Assembly: GCF_006345805.1 (NCBI RefSeq)
Contig: NC_043014.1
Location: forward strand, 38,936,001-39,000,000
Direction of reading: 5' to 3'
Origin: Octopus sinensis
Taxonomy: Eukaryota
Length of the DNA: 64,000 nucleotides
Shown one piece after another: positions 1-13,352 of the stretch. Under the pieces are notes generated by a model. It made no database searches, was not told the DNA's origin, and saw only the letters and a list, made by a program, of their open reading frames with translations. The translations under genes and the position numbers were made by a program. The number at the start of each line of letters is the position of its first letter. The stretch's first letter is position 1.

Positions 1-105
1 AAAGACTTGTTTTATTTATATTTCCTGAGCGCCATACTAATACAATTGTTTCGTTTGTTTTCCACCTGCCTTCGTCTTTTGTTTATTTTCATAAAGCTTC
101 CCGTT
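1..105 (+). mobile_element. 3' end of a Penelope-like terminal repeat abutting (TA)n
   Basis: Pyrimidine-rich tract ending AAAGCTTCCCGTT then (TA)n. The same TTCCCGTT-(TA)n terminus recurs at about 25420, 25625 and 25670. Confidence 0.45.
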
Positions 106-174
106 ATATAATATATATATATATTATATATAATTATATATATATATCTATATATATATATATATAATATATAT

Positions 175-298
175 AGTTAATCCAACATGAAAACACAAAG
201 AGGAAACAACGCGAGGACGTGGAACAAGTATAGTATTATTGGACGCTCAGGAAAGAAAGAGGGTTTAATGTTTCGAGCGGAGCTCTTCGTCAGAAACA
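175..298 (-). mobile_element. Penelope-like pLTR fragment with minimal hammerhead motif (263-297)
   Basis: Minus strand reads GUUU-CUGACGA-A-GAGC-UCC-GCUC-GAAA-CAUU-AAAC, flanked by (TA)n. A sister copy lies at 9546-9740. Confidence 0.55.
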
Positions 299-680
299 TA
301 TATATATAAAACTGAGATTCAGTTGAATTAGGTACTTAAGTTGAAGCACCAAGTTAGTCCGGTATTATCCCCACTGCTTGAAGTAAAATGAATAAACTCA
401 AAATAATCAACAGGATGTCAGGTAGTTATGCAGTACGACCGTTTCAAGCGGGTCCATTTAATTGACCAATGCAATCATTACATCAATTTAAATGCAGTGT
501 CATCTTCAGCTGCACAAATAAATATAATTTTAACAAGTGGGACACATTAATATAATTTTTCTCAAATATTTTTAACAGAGCAAGATGATGGGAGAAATTC
601 ATATTGTCGCTATGGTAGCTAAGAATAGACTACACCTTCAAGAATCCTTGATATCCTGTGCTTATTTTGATTTTATATAT

Positions 681-712
<32 letters not shown>

Positions 713-716
<4 letters not shown>

Positions 717-891
717 CCTTTACCTTCGAAACACGGAGTAGACGAAACGTAGGCGGCTGAAGAAGGGGAATTTTCCTTGTGTTGTGTGTCTTGTACCCTG
801 TTTTTTCGTTGTTTTAAAAGAATGTCCGTTTCCATGGTTCTGTTTTTATATTTTCGTTTCTCATTGTGTTCGACGTTTGGGTGTCCTGTAG
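713..891 (+). mobile_element. Probable Penelope-like pLTR fragment between (TA)n tracts
   Basis: Contains CGAAACGT and CTGAAGAAGG motifs followed by a T-rich tract ending at TA repeats. No complete ribozyme fold. Confidence 0.3.
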
Positions 892-1017
892 CTATATATG
901 CATGTGTATATACATATAGATGTAGGTACCCGTACATATGTATGTATATATGCATATGTTTTAATTATTATTTTGTTTGTTATATATATATATATTATAT
1001 GTATGTATGTATGTATG

Positions 1018-1074
<57 letters not shown>

Positions 1075-1299
1075 TATTATAATATATAACAACCGAAAAT
1101 AACAACCGAAACTAAATTTAGTACATGGGTAAATATTTATTTCGTATATTTTCACTTGTTTATTGCTTTGGTTTTGTGTTGAGTTTGATCTGAGAACATA
1201 GACTTTTTGTGGAGAATGGCGATTTGACGTCTATATCTAGCATGTTGACTGTCCACTTTTCGTGTTCAGTCCTTAACTGGTATATATATATATATATAT

Positions 1300-1515
1300 A
1301 TTCTTGACCCCCAGACAAAAGATAAACTGTTTTTACTTCAAATTTTTATAAATTTTACTGATATTTAATAAGATGAGATTCATCATCGAAACCGGTAATA
1401 TTTTCTTTATATAATTTTAAAAATCATTTTTATTAAAATTCTTTCTTAAATGTCTTAGACTTACTTCTGTGTTATTTCCACATCTTTTATATATAAAAAA
1501 TTGATTTGTATAGAT
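1300..1515 (+). mobile_element. Penelope-like pLTR fragment with degenerate hammerhead (about 1367-1402)
   Basis: aaGAUGA-GAU-UCAUC-AUC-GAAA-CCGG-UA-AUAUU, with C3/U4 mutated. Flanked by (TA)n. Confidence 0.4.
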
Positions 1516-2081
1516 CTCTAATCTTTTTTCAACCTATATATATATATGTGTGTGCGCGCGCGTGTGTATGTATGTATGTATGTGTGTATGTATGTATGTA
1601 TGTATGTATGTATGTATGTATGTATGTATGTTCACATATATATATATTCTTTTATACGTTTCAGCGCTTAGGCTGCGGCCGTGTTACGTATGAATATATT
1701 ATATGTATTTATATATTAAATGCTTGTTATTATGTGAAGTTATACACAAAAACAATTTAACATTACATATAAGAATTGTTCAGTACTTTTTAGTAGAGTA
1801 CACATTTATTAAATTTTAGGTTGACTGACGGCTTGGAAACCGAAAATTCGAAGTCACTGTTAATATTTTCGACAGACAGACAGACGGACGGACCGACAGA
1901 TAGATAGGCATACTGGCTTACTTACACAAGTGTCTCCCCACCGACTTTGTTTCCTCAGAACTTTCAGAAAAAATGGATATTTTTTAATGAGATTTTCTAC
2001 AATTACCTTTCAGATGATGTAGATTCCAATTATATCGGAATTCAATGCAAAAATAAATTGGTATGGATTCACACGTACATA

Positions 2082-2312
2082 TCTTCTTTTCTACCCACAA
2101 GGGGCTAAACACAGAAGGGACAAACAAGGACAGACAAACGGATTAAGTCGATTATATCGACCCCAGTGCGTAACTGGTACTTATTTAATCGACCCCGAAA
2201 GGATGAAAGGCAAAAATCGACCTCGGCGGAATTTGAACTCAGAACTTGGCGGCAGACGAAATACCGCTAAGCATTTCGTCCGGCGTGCTAACGTTTCTGC
2301 CAGCTCGCCGCC
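2082..2312 (-). mobile_element. tRNA-derived SINE B1 monomer
   Basis: A-box-like head GGCGGCGAGCTGGCAGAAACGTTAGC and B-box GTTCAAATTCC. 14-bp TSD TTCACACGTACATA at 2068-2081 and 2313-2326. Confidence 0.9.
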
Positions 2313-2764
2313 TTCACACGTACATACCGACGTACGCTCTCCCTTTTGTGGACGTCCGGCAACCCCAAAACAAATGAGGCGCCGTCCAGTATAGCATGAT
2401 TTTGGACGGGCTGGTGCGCCGACTGACATGTTTCCGCTTAGCCATCCAGCAGAGGCGTAGCCAAGTTCTAAAGTTGGTTGTAGTGAACACATGAAAAAAT
2501 AGGTGTGGTGACGCATACCAAACAATTTTGAATTCATTTGTCTTATGTTACGCAAAATATTTCATCAGTAATAATATACGTTATTGTGTTCTACATTCAT
2601 TAATTTCAATGTTTCATGTTTTAGTAAAAATGCCGTTATGTATGTAACTTATAACTTCTGATGTAGGTAACCATAGTTATAAAAATGTTGGAAAAGGCAC
2701 CAATTTTGAAAAATGTGTTCGAGGTGAGGATGGTCGCTCCCTTTGCTTCCTTATTAGATATACC

Positions 2765-3360
2765 TATTTCTTTATTACCCACAAGGGGCTAAACATAGAG
2801 GGGACAAACAAGGACAGACATAGGTATTAAGTCGATTACATCGACCTAGTGCGAACTGGTACTAATTTATCGACCCCGAAAGGATGAAAGGCAAAGTCGA
2901 CCTCGGCGGAATTTGAACTCAGAACGTAGCGGCAGACGAAATACCTATTTCTTTATTTCCCACAAGGGGCTAAACACAGAGGGGACAAACAAGGACAGAC
3001 ATAGGTATTAAGTCGATTACATCGACCCTAGTGCGTAACTGGTACTTAATTTATCGACCCCCAAAGGATGAAAGGCAAAGTCGACCTCGGCGGAATTTGA
3101 ACTCAGAACGTATCGGCAGACGAAATACCTTTTTCTTTATTTCCCACAAGGGGCTAAACACAGAGGGGACAAACAAGGACAGACATGGGTATTAAGTCGA
3201 TTACATCGACCCCAGTGCGTAACTGATACTTTATTTATCGAACCCGAAAGGATGAAAGGCAAAGTCGACCTCGGCGGAATTCGAACTCACAACGTAACGG
3301 CAGACGAAATACGGCTACGCATTTCGCCCGGCGTGCTAACGATTCTGCCAGCTCGCCGCC
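2765..3360 (-). mobile_element. SINE B1 head-to-tail trimer
   Basis: One head plus three roughly 180-bp units joined at GAAATACC|T. 15-bp TSD CTTATTAGATATACC at 2750-2764 and 3361-3375. Confidence 0.9.
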
Positions 3361-3404
3361 CTTATTAGATATACCACTGCCTCCCAGCCCCTCACAGCAA
3401 AGAA

Positions 3405-3485
3405 TAAATAAGTCGATTTGCTCGACTAAAGGCGGTGCTCCAGCATGGCCGCAGTCAAATGACTGAAACAAGTAAAAGAGTAAAT
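3405..3485 (+). mobile_element. SINE A 3' fragment
   Basis: GTCGATTTGCTCGACTAAAGGCGGTGCTCCAGCATGG...GTAAAAGAG tail shared with the full-length A copies. Confidence 0.85.
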
Positions 3486-3582
3486 ATTAACAGGAGGGTT
3501 GTTTTGTTTTTGTTTTTGTTTATTTCCTCTGTTTTGTTTTTTTTCCATTTGGAAGGTTTGTGTAAGTGAATGTACAATAAGT

Positions 3583-3964
3583 GGAGGCGCAATGGCTCAG
3601 TTGTTAGGGCAGCGGATTTGCGGTCGTAGGATCGCGGTTTCGATTCCCAGACCGGGCGTTGTGAGTGTTTATTGAGCGAAAACACCTAAAGCTCTACGAG
3701 GCTCCGGCAGGGGATGGTGGTGATCCCTGCTGTACTCTTTCACCACAACTTTCTCTCACTCTTACTTCCTGTTTCTGTTGTACCTGTATTTCAAAGGGCC
3801 GGCCTTGTCACTCTCTGTGTCACGCTGAATATCCCCGAGAACTACGTTAAGGGTACACGTGTCTGTGGAGTGCTCAGCCACTTACACGTTAATTTCACGA
3901 GCAGGCTGTTCCGTTGATTCGGATCAACCGGAACCCTCGTCGTCGTAACCGACGGAGTGCTTCC
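3583..3964 (+). mobile_element. tRNA-derived SINE C (tail type 1)
   Basis: tRNA-like head TGGCTCAGTTGTTAGGGC...GTTTCGATTCCC and a body shared with 20651-21000 and 49680-49885. Confidence 0.9.
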
Positions 3965-4614
3965 ACCACAATGATAAATAAAACAAGTCAGATACAACAG
4001 GCAAACGTTAAGCATGTAATCAAGCTGAAACTAATGCCAGGAAGGAAGGCTAAAAAGTGGAAACGATGTTACAACATTTAGTAACTAATTAGTAATTAAA
4101 TAAATTAAATATCTTCACTGATATAGAAATTCGACATTAATAGAAGAAATTGCTGGAAGCCAAGTACACAAATGTGTATTCGCGTACTTCGTCGTTACTT
4201 AAACATATACACACGTGTATGTAAATCTCTCTATATATAAGCTTTTATCCCTTCTTGCCTTCCTATTTCTCTCTCTCTCTCCCTCTCTGTCTCTGCTTGC
4301 TGATCAATTGTTTTTGTCCCATTTTGTCTCATTCCTGTTTTTATTCGTTACTGTTTCCAATTTTATCTTCGTCTCTTGTTTTCCTATTCGTCTCTGTTGT
4401 CACATTCTTTCCTTCTACCAAGCAAATCTAATGCCCATAGCTTAGCTTTTCCTTGGGGCTGGCCGTTTTGGAGCAAATCTCAGAATTAAACAGCCGAAAT
4501 TTGCCATGATGAATCGGTTTCTGACTGAAGAATGAAGGCTCTGAATGACTGTCTGTGTTCCGTGTTCGTCAATTCGTGAATTTCACGTTCTTTATATATA
4601 AAGTTTTATTCTAT

Positions 4615-4615
4615 A

Positions 4616-4712
<97 letters not shown>
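4615..4712. repeat. (TATC)n microsatellite
   Basis: Direct inspection. Similar tracts at 7440-7555, 9012-9220 and 48235-48317. Confidence 0.95.
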
Positions 4713-5020
4713 CCCTGTGAGTAGGTGGAATTTTAAGAGTTTAATTTAGAAGTGAAGTTACCAGGAAATACTGAAATAAGAAAATATAAACATAATATTC
4801 GCTTAACAATTAAGTTATTCTCTAGAGAAAAATTTTGTGGATTTAAGAGCTGTACAGGTACGAGCATGTTCATACACGCACACACACACACACATAGAGG
4901 CAATGTTTCGGTATTAGTATATGACGTCAGTCTCGTGGGTGGGTGGGTGTTTATGTTTGACAGTTCAGACACTTAACACTTACTCATGATGTCACATACT
5001 TTTACCGAAAGATATATATA

Positions 5021-5433
5021 TACTCTTTTACTTGTTTCAGCCATTTGACTGTGGCCATGCTGGAGCTCCGCCTTTAGTCGAGCAAATCGACCCCAAGACT
5101 TCTTCTTTGTAAGCCTAGTGCTTATTCTATCGGTGTCTTTTGCCGAACCGCTAAGTTACGGACATGTAAAAACACCAGCATCGGTTGTAAAGCGATGCTG
5201 GAGGGACAAACACAGGCACACAAATGTATACACACACACACCACACACATATATATGTATATATACATACATATATAAGACGGGCTTCTTTCAGTTTCCG
5301 TCTACCAAATACACTCACAAGGCTTTGGTCGGCCCAAAGCTATAGTAGAAGACACTTGCCCAAGGTGCCACGCAGTGGGACTGAACCCGGAACCATGTGG
5401 TTCGTAAGCAAGCTACTTACCACAAAGCCACTC
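5021..5433 (-). mobile_element. SINE A, full length (tRNA/CORE-like, internal TA/TG microsatellite)
   Basis: Head GGAGTGGCT..GGTAAGTAGCTTGC, B-box GGTTCAGTCCC, CORE-like CCTTGGGCAAGTGTCTT, tail (GTAAAAGA)n. Confidence 0.9.
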
Positions 5434-5444
5434 CGACATATATA

Positions 5445-5761
5445 TATATATGCGCCCTTTTCAAGCCTAGCTAGACTCATGGGCCCGGTTTCCCGGTTTC
5501 TGTGACATATGTGTCCCCCCCACCACCAACTGGACGGGACGCTAGTCCATCGCAGCGTTACTCAAGAAACCGGAAGAAAATGTGAAAGAGAGTTGGGGCG
5601 AAAGAGTACAACAGGAGTCACCACCATCCCCTTTGCCGGAGCCTCGTGGAGCTTTAAGTGTTTTTTGCCCAATAAACACACACAGCGCCCGGTCTGGGAA
5701 TCGAAACCGCGATCCTCCGACCGCGAGTCCGCTGCCCTAACCACTGGGCCATTGCGCCTCC
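5445..5761 (-). mobile_element. SINE C with V-domain-like tail
   Basis: C head followed by CTGCGATGGACTAGCGTCCCGTCCAG and GAAACCGGGAAACCGGGCCC. Confidence 0.85.
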
Positions 5762-6234
5762 ACACACACACACACACAAAGATATAGAAATGGGTATTAG
5801 GTACTAGGGCAAGCCAATGTCAAAGAGGTTGAGATCGGTAAGCTATGACTTTCCGGCAGTTGCAAAGTAGGAAATAAGAAAACGTCGCCCTATTTACTCC
5901 TTCCCCACATTTCTATCACTGACACACGCATATATCTACAAAAATACACGCACGCAACGAAACAGCTGTTACGTAATCGCATTCATTGCCTTACAACTGT
6001 TTCTGCTTTATTTGAACAGCACATCCAGAGATGAATGCCACAGTGAGATATCTACTTTCATCAGAACCTTAACATGAAATGTTCCTTCATTGAGGAAATC
6101 ATTTAAATATATATCACTAAATTTCCTCACACATACATGTATATCTGAGTTATATTACATATCTATGTACATACATACAAACACACATAACAAATATGTA
6201 TGTGTAAATATATATACACATATATATTGCATAG

Positions 6235-6683
6235 GCGTAGGAGTGGCTGTGTGGTAAGTAGCTTGCTTACGAACCACATGGTTCCGGGTTCAGTCCCACT
6301 GCGTGGCACCTTGGGCAAGTGTCGACCAAAGCCTTGTGAGTTGATTTGGTAGACGGAAACTGAAAGAAGCCCGTCGTATATGTGTATATATATATGTGTG
6401 TGTGTGTGTGTTTGCCCCCCCCCAACATCGCTTGACAACCGATGCTGGTGTGTTTACGTCCCCGTCACTTAGCGGTTCGGCAAAAGAGAATCGATAGAAT
6501 AAGTACTAGGCTTACTAGGTCGATTTGCAAATCCATTCATTATTACACGTGACACCTAAGTTGTTAGTACCTGCCACTTTCATATCCTATTATCTTTATA
6601 AACTTATACACATGCATATAAAAATAGGCGGTGCTCCAGCATGGCCACAGTCAAATGACTGAAACAAGTAAAAGAGAGTGAGA
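6235..6683 (+). mobile_element. SINE A interrupted by a 96-bp templated insertion
   Basis: A head and tail are present. 6527-6622 copies 7823-7918 with 1 mismatch. Confidence 0.9.
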
Positions 6684-7039
6684 GTATACGCGCATTTGGT
6701 ATTGTTGTTCGACTTCGGTGAGACATTTGCTGCTGTTGGGAATTCTATGCATTCAGAGTCGATTTTATTGATAATATTGGATTGACTGGGTTTTCAAGTT
6801 TCGATATTAACACTTTATTCAACCATGCGTGTGTATGTGTGTATACGCACCAGCCACACACACACACACACACGCTAATACACAAATGCATATGTATGCA
6901 TGCATGTATGTATGTATGTATGTATGTATGTACATTATACTTATACGTCTGTGTTTCCCTCCCCCTCCCCCCTCTCTCTCTGTATATATATATATATATA
7001 TATAATACACACATGTATATATAGTCCTACCTATGCCGG

Positions 7040-7064
7040 CATAGAAGACGGACATTAAACGATG

Positions 7065-7095
<31 letters not shown>

Positions 7096-7329
7096 CAGAA
7101 TATATTACATATACTATATATATACATATACATATATACATATACATATATTTATATATATATATATATAGCTATATATATATATATATATATAATATAT
7201 ACTATATACTATATATATACACCAACATATATATATATATATATTATATATATATATATACATATATCTATACACACATATATATATATACATATACATA
7301 TATATATAATATAACATATAATACATATG

Positions 7330-7361
<32 letters not shown>

Positions 7362-7376
7362 TATATATATATACAC

Positions 7377-7414
<38 letters not shown>

Positions 7415-7456
7415 TTATTTAGGGGTGTGGTATGTGTATAGATAGAAGATAGATAG

Positions 7457-7554
<98 letters not shown>

Positions 7555-7555
7555 T
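7040..7555. repeat. Compound (TA)n/(CA)n/(GATA)n microsatellite
   Basis: Direct inspection. Source of several artefactual IY/YI ORFs. Confidence 0.95.
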
Positions 7556-9010
7556 TGCTAAATAGACAGAGATAACTAATTATTCTCCAAAGAAAGACGT
7601 AAGTAAATAATTACCTTATAATTAAATAAATGCACCGATAATTAATTTAGAGATAAATGTTTTCTCAAGTCAAATCGTGCAAAAAAAGAAACAGCCTACA
7701 CTTTGTACACAAATATCCGAATATATTCTATTGTGCTTTGGCACAAAGCCATTCATTTTAAAACTAAAAGTACAACCAATAAAAATAATAACAAACAAGA
7801 AAAGTGTTTTCTAAGTTGTCAAGCAAATCCATTCATTATTACACGTGACACCTAAGTTGTTAGTACCTGCCACTTTCATATCCTATTATCTTTATAAACA
7901 TATACACATGCATATAAATATATATGGGATAATCAACTGTTCTTACCTGTGGAAAATGACGCTGTAAATCCAAATTAAAACGTTTCTGGTATATATATAT
8001 ATGCATATATATATGTATATAATTATATGTTTTTATTCACAAATTTTTAATTTCTTTCGAAAAATTTTACGATTTAAAATTTTAAGATCTTATTTGATAC
8101 TGCGTATTTCCGGATTTTTTTGTTCTTTTCGATAATTTGTTTTTATTGTTACCGTTTTGATGATAATTAAACATAATACACATTAAAAGTTGTCAAAATT
8201 TAGTCTCCTCGATGTAGTAGTCATCAGCAGAAGTTCAAGCTATCCCTTCAAGTATATAATGTGCCTTTAAAACCACCTGTGGATAAATGTTACCTTAGTA
8301 GGTGACTATTTCAAATATTTTAGATATGTCCTTATACTGCTCGGTCAATATCCTTTCTCTTTACTATATCGTAATGTTCATATTTCCTGCTCCTACTATA
8401 GTGTAACGTTCATTAATGAAATAAATAAAATAACATATTTTCCCGGTCGTTTCTCGTCACAGAAACAGAGAGAGGGAAAATTATAAGGAAACAAAATTCG
8501 ATCAAACATCCTATAATATCGTCGTTCTTTACAACACAACTAGCGAGCTAGCTTACAAAACTAAACTAAACTAACCTGTCTGTATACTACCGCCACTTTA
8601 ACTTCTCATGCTATCACCTGACCTAATAACTTCAGTTTATTTCTTTTTATCTTTACAGGTGAGAGACATATTTACGCTATGTCGCTCGGGATAACATTTT
8701 TTTTTATATATATATAAATTTTCGACATGTTTCTTTCTATATTTGCTAGTAGTAGTGGCTACTTGATCCATTGTGCTACACACACACGCATAACAGTTAA
8801 GTAGACAAGCAGGTTTTTAGTGTATGTTTGTTAAAAAAGAAAATAAGGAAAAAAAATGAAAAACAAAACAAATAAAACTCCGATTGGTAAGTGAAGAAGA
8901 TAAAATAACACATCTAGAGCTGGTAGCAGCACAGTATCTATGTATACATCATACATCTGTACGCTCACTCAGACTTGCATGCGCTTAAAAATACTAAATC
9001 ATACATGCGC

Positions 9011-9156
<146 letters not shown>

Positions 9157-9176
9157 ATATATATATATATATATAT

Positions 9177-9220
<44 letters not shown>

Positions 9221-9286
9221 CCTTCTTTATTAGCCACACAGGGCCGGACACAGGGGGGGACAAAATACAATCTAGAGCTTTTCTTT

Positions 9287-9322
<36 letters not shown>

Positions 9323-9506
9323 CGTATGTATTCAGAGAGAGAGACAGACAGACAGCTGTATATAATAACGTGTGTGCTCATGTGTATATCAAAGCACATC
9401 GGACGAAACATTGGCAAGTGTCTTCTATAGTCCCGGGCCGATCGAAGCTTTTTTACAGCAATTTTGTAGACGGATACTGAAAGAAGTTCGTCGTGTATAC
9501 GCGCGC

Positions 9507-9545
<39 letters not shown>

Positions 9546-9551
<6 letters not shown>

Positions 9552-9740
9552 ATCCAAACAAGAAAACACAGAAAAAAAAGAGAAAAAAACACAGCCACGC
9601 AGGACGTGGAACAATTAAAGTATTATTGACGCTCAGGAAAGAAGGGAAGGAGGGTTTAACGTTTCGAGCGGAGCTCTTCGTCGGAAACAAGGAGAAGGAA
9701 AGATCCCAAGAAGGGAAGACAGAGGAAAAAATATTTGAGC
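9546..9740 (-). mobile_element. Penelope-like pLTR fragment (same family as 175-298)
   Basis: Minus strand reads GUUU-CCGACGA-A-GAGC-UCC-GCUC-GAAA-CGUU-AAAC (9654-9688) and ends at (TA)n. Confidence 0.55.
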
Positions 9741-9761
9741 TGGTGGTGCTCAAGAGATCAC

Positions 9762-9815
<54 letters not shown>

Positions 9816-9817
9816 GA

Positions 9818-10170
9818 GTAGGAGTGGCTGTGTGGTAAGTAGCTTGCTTACGAACCACATGGTACTGAGTTCAGTCCCACTGCGTGACATCTTCTACTAT
9901 AGCCTCGGGCCGACCAGACGGAAACTGAAAGAAGCCCGCCGTATATATATGTATGTGTGTGTGCATATGTTTGTGTGTCTGTGTTTGTCCCCCAACATCG
10001 CTTAACAACCGATGCTGGTGTATTTACGACCCCGTAACTTAGCGGTTCGGCAAAAAGAGACCGATAGAATAAGTACTAGGCTTACAAAGAATAAGTCCTG
10101 GGGTTGATTTATTCGACTAAAGGCAGTGCTCCAGTATGGCCACAGTCAAATGACTGAAACAAGTAAAAGA
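9818..10170 (+). mobile_element. SINE A with internal deletion
   Basis: A head, body and tail motifs are present. The segment between CCGACCA and GACGGAAAC is missing. Confidence 0.85.
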
Positions 10171-10686
10171 GTATATATATATATATTGTTGTATTTAGGA
10201 AGGGCCAATTTAGCCAATAAAAACATACGCACTATATATTTGGTGTTACTTTGCTTCACCGTTTATTCATTCTTTACATTAATCTTAATCTTATTTCCCC
10301 CAGAGTTATTTTGTCACACTCTTGTGACCTCGTTAGTAGTCCTTTGCTTTCTTCTTTCTTTTTGTGTGTCTCTCCTTACTAACTGTCAGCCATTTTGTAA
10401 TTTGTATTCCTATTGTATGTGTCTTCATTTGCGCATGCGTATACCTCTATATGTGTCTATGTTAGTGTGTGTGTGTGACGAGGTCAGAGGAGTGTGACGA
10501 AAGAACTCTGGCCGAAATAAGATTAAGATTAATGTAAAAAATGAATAATGCTGAAGCAAAGTAACACCAAATATATAGTGCGTGTGTTTTTATTGCCTAA
10601 ACTGGCAAAATGACCATTCCAAAATACCATATCTGTTTCAACACACGATTTCACATCAAAAATCTTGCAAAACAAATATATAAACG

Positions 10687-10726
<40 letters not shown>

Positions 10727-10984
10727 TATATCTATATACTATATATATATATATATATAATATATATATATATATATGCATATATGTATGTGCGTGTGCC
10801 CCACACCGTTTGACACCGTTTTGGTTTGTTTACGTCCCCTGTCACTTAGCGGTTCGACAAATAGATACTGATATAAGTACAAATACTGTGATCGATTTGC
10901 TCGACTAAATCCTTCAGGTCAGTACCCCAGCATGGTCGAAGTATGACTGAAACAAAAGGTAAACTATAAAGAAAAATATGATAA

Positions 10985-11282
10985 TAATAATCCTTTCTAC
11001 TACAGATATAAGGCCTGAAATTTGAGGGGAGGGGACGAGTCGATTACATCGACTCCAGTGCGTAACTGGTACATAATTTATCGATCCCGAAAGGATGAAA
11101 AGCAAAGTCGACCTCACCAGAATTTGAACTCAGAACGTAAAGACAGATGAAATACCTATTTATTTACTACCCACAAGGGGCTAAACACAGAGGGGACAAA
11201 CGGATTAAGTCGATTACATCCACCCCAGTGCGTAATTGGTACTTAATTTATCGATCCCGAAAGTATGAAAGGCAAAGTTGTA
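10985..11282 (-). mobile_element. Old SINE B2 carrying a B1 copy joined at the GGTATTTC site
   Basis: B2-type tail (AGGCCTGAAATTTGAGGGG), then junction GAAATACC|TATT at 11156, then B1 tail. Confidence 0.8.
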
Positions 11283-11446
11283 CTTCGGTAAGTAGCTTGC
11301 TTATGAACCACATGGTTCTGGGTTCAGTCCCATTGTGTGACACCTTGGTCAAGTGTCTCCAACTATAGCCTCGGGCCGACCAAACCCTTGTGAGTGAATT
11401 TGGTAGAAGGAAATTGAAAGAAGCCCGTCGTTTATATGCATATATA

Positions 11447-12085
11447 TCTTTATATATAAAAGTGAAGTTGTGTGTCTGTCTCCTACGATTTAGATTCCTA
11501 AGTCGAGGGCGCGTGGCTTAGTGGTTAGGGCATTCGGCTCATGATCGTAAGGTTGTGAGTTCGATTCCCGGCGACGCGTTGTGTCCTTGAGCAAGACACT
11601 TTATTTCACGTTGCTCCAGTCCACTCAGCTGACAAAAATGAGTTGTACTTGTATTTCAAAGGGTCAGCCTTGTCACTCTCTGTGTCACGCTGATTTTCCC
11701 CGAGAACTACGTTAAGGGTACCCGTGTCTGTGGAATGCTCAGACATTTGCACGTTAATTTCACGAGCAAGCTGTTCCGTTGATCGTATCAGCTGGGACCC
11801 TCGTCGTCGTAACCGGCGGAGTCTTTTTCTTAGATTCCTAAGTACTCCCACATTTTGCAGTGCAGTTTAACCAAAAGCGGGTATCTTATAGTCGTGATTC
11901 ATATCGAGCCCTTCTGGGTATTAGCGCGCGTCTACGATGAGTCTACGATTAAAAAAAAAATTTACCATCATTTTTTCCCATTTTTAATGCATTTTTTTGC
12001 TATTATATAAGGGAAGTAACTCTCTAAAAATGCTTATATAGTTATTTCCCTTACAAATCCGAGCAACGCCGGGCGATACTGTTAG
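11447..12085 (+). mobile_element. Non-autonomous Helitron (interrupted by a SINE)
   Basis: A|TC start, 3' CCGAGCAACGCCGGGCG hairpin then TTAG|T. Reverse-complement relative at 23544-23851. Confidence 0.75.
11504..11829 (+). mobile_element. SINE with E-type head and C-type tail, nested in the Helitron
   Basis: 14-bp TSD TTAGATTCCTAAGT at 11490-11503 and 11830-11843. Confidence 0.9.
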
Positions 12086-12944
12086 TATATATATAAAATG
12101 GGACAAGAACGCAAAACATCCGGACTAGGTGATACAAAAAGGGGACAATAAAACATCCAGAAAGACGATACAAAGAAAACAAAGACGGGTCATTCGAAGT
12201 TTTCTATCTTCAGTCAAGAACCAGATTATCCTCGCAATTTCGGCTTTGTGTGTGTGTCTGTGTTTGTCCCCTCCCCCATCATCGCTTGACAACCGATGCT
12301 GATGTGTTTACGTCCCCCATAACTTAACGGTTCGGCAAAAGAGACCGTTAGCATAAGTACTAGGCTTACAAAGAATAAGTCCTGGGATAGATTTGCTCGA
12401 CTAAAGTCGGTACTCCAGCATGGCCACAGTCAAACGACTAAAACAAGTAAAAAAAAAAAAAAAACATACAGAGATAGCACTCAGAGCTAACCTAGGATTA
12501 AATGTTCAACATCTCTTTGCACGAGTGCAAAAACACGGAAGAAAAAATAACTAATTAATTAAAATAATGTCCAGGCAGTTTCCTTTTTTACTCTTCATTA
12601 ATTAATTAGTGAAGTAATTGCTTAAAAGGTCACATTTATTTCACCTCATTATCATGAACCTGCATTGTCTCTGAGTCAACTTGGGACTAATCTCTCTTGA
12701 AGATCTTCAAAACTATTGTCTTATATACATAATCTCATCAACGGCTGTTATTTAACCCCAGGTAAGCTTTGATCGGGCAGACATGTTGAAAGGCATTCGG
12801 ACATCCCAGTTGTAATCATCGTGTCTCTTTTTCTACTTTTTTTCAGGCTTGGTTTAACCTGGTTTATGCTGACCAAAAATGCCTTTCTCATTTTGTTTGT
12901 TTTTTTATTTTTTATCTTTATTTCTTATTTTTAAAGATGGTATA

Positions 12945-13352
12945 CTCTCTTTTACTCTTTTACTTGTTTCAGTCATTTGACTGCGGCCATGCTGGAGCAC
13001 CGCCTTTAGTCGAGCAAATCGACCCCGGGACTTATTCTTTGTAAGCCCAGTACTTATTCTATCGGTCTCTTTTGCCGAACCGGTAAGTGACGGGGACGTA
13101 AACACACCAGCATCGGTTGTCAAGCAATGCTAGGGGCACAAACACAGACACACAAACACACACATACATATATATACATATATATATATATATACGACAG
13201 GCTTCTTTCAGTTTCCGTCTACCAAATCCACTCACAAGGCATTGGTCGGCCCGGGGCTATAGCAGAAGACACTTGCCCAAGATGCCACGCAGTGGGACTG
13301 AACCCGGAACCATGTGGTTGGTTAGCAAGCTACTTACCACACAGCCACTCCT
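12945..13352 (-). mobile_element. SINE A, full length
   Basis: Complete head-to-tail match to the other A copies. A 3' fragment also lies at 12245-12465 and a 5' fragment at 11288-11430. Confidence 0.9.

Noticed and set aside
713-775. Possible hammerhead (GAAACGUA ... CUGAAGA)
   Set aside because: The motif order and stems do not give a valid type I, II or III fold.
2765-3360. Regular direct repeats resembling a CRISPR array or rolling-circle multimer
   Set aside because: The units are whole SINE bodies without unique spacers, and the nested TSD at 55467/56085 favours sequential insertion.
3583-3660. tRNA genes at SINE heads
   Set aside because: A and B boxes are present, but no complete cloverleaf forms and each head continues into a SINE body.
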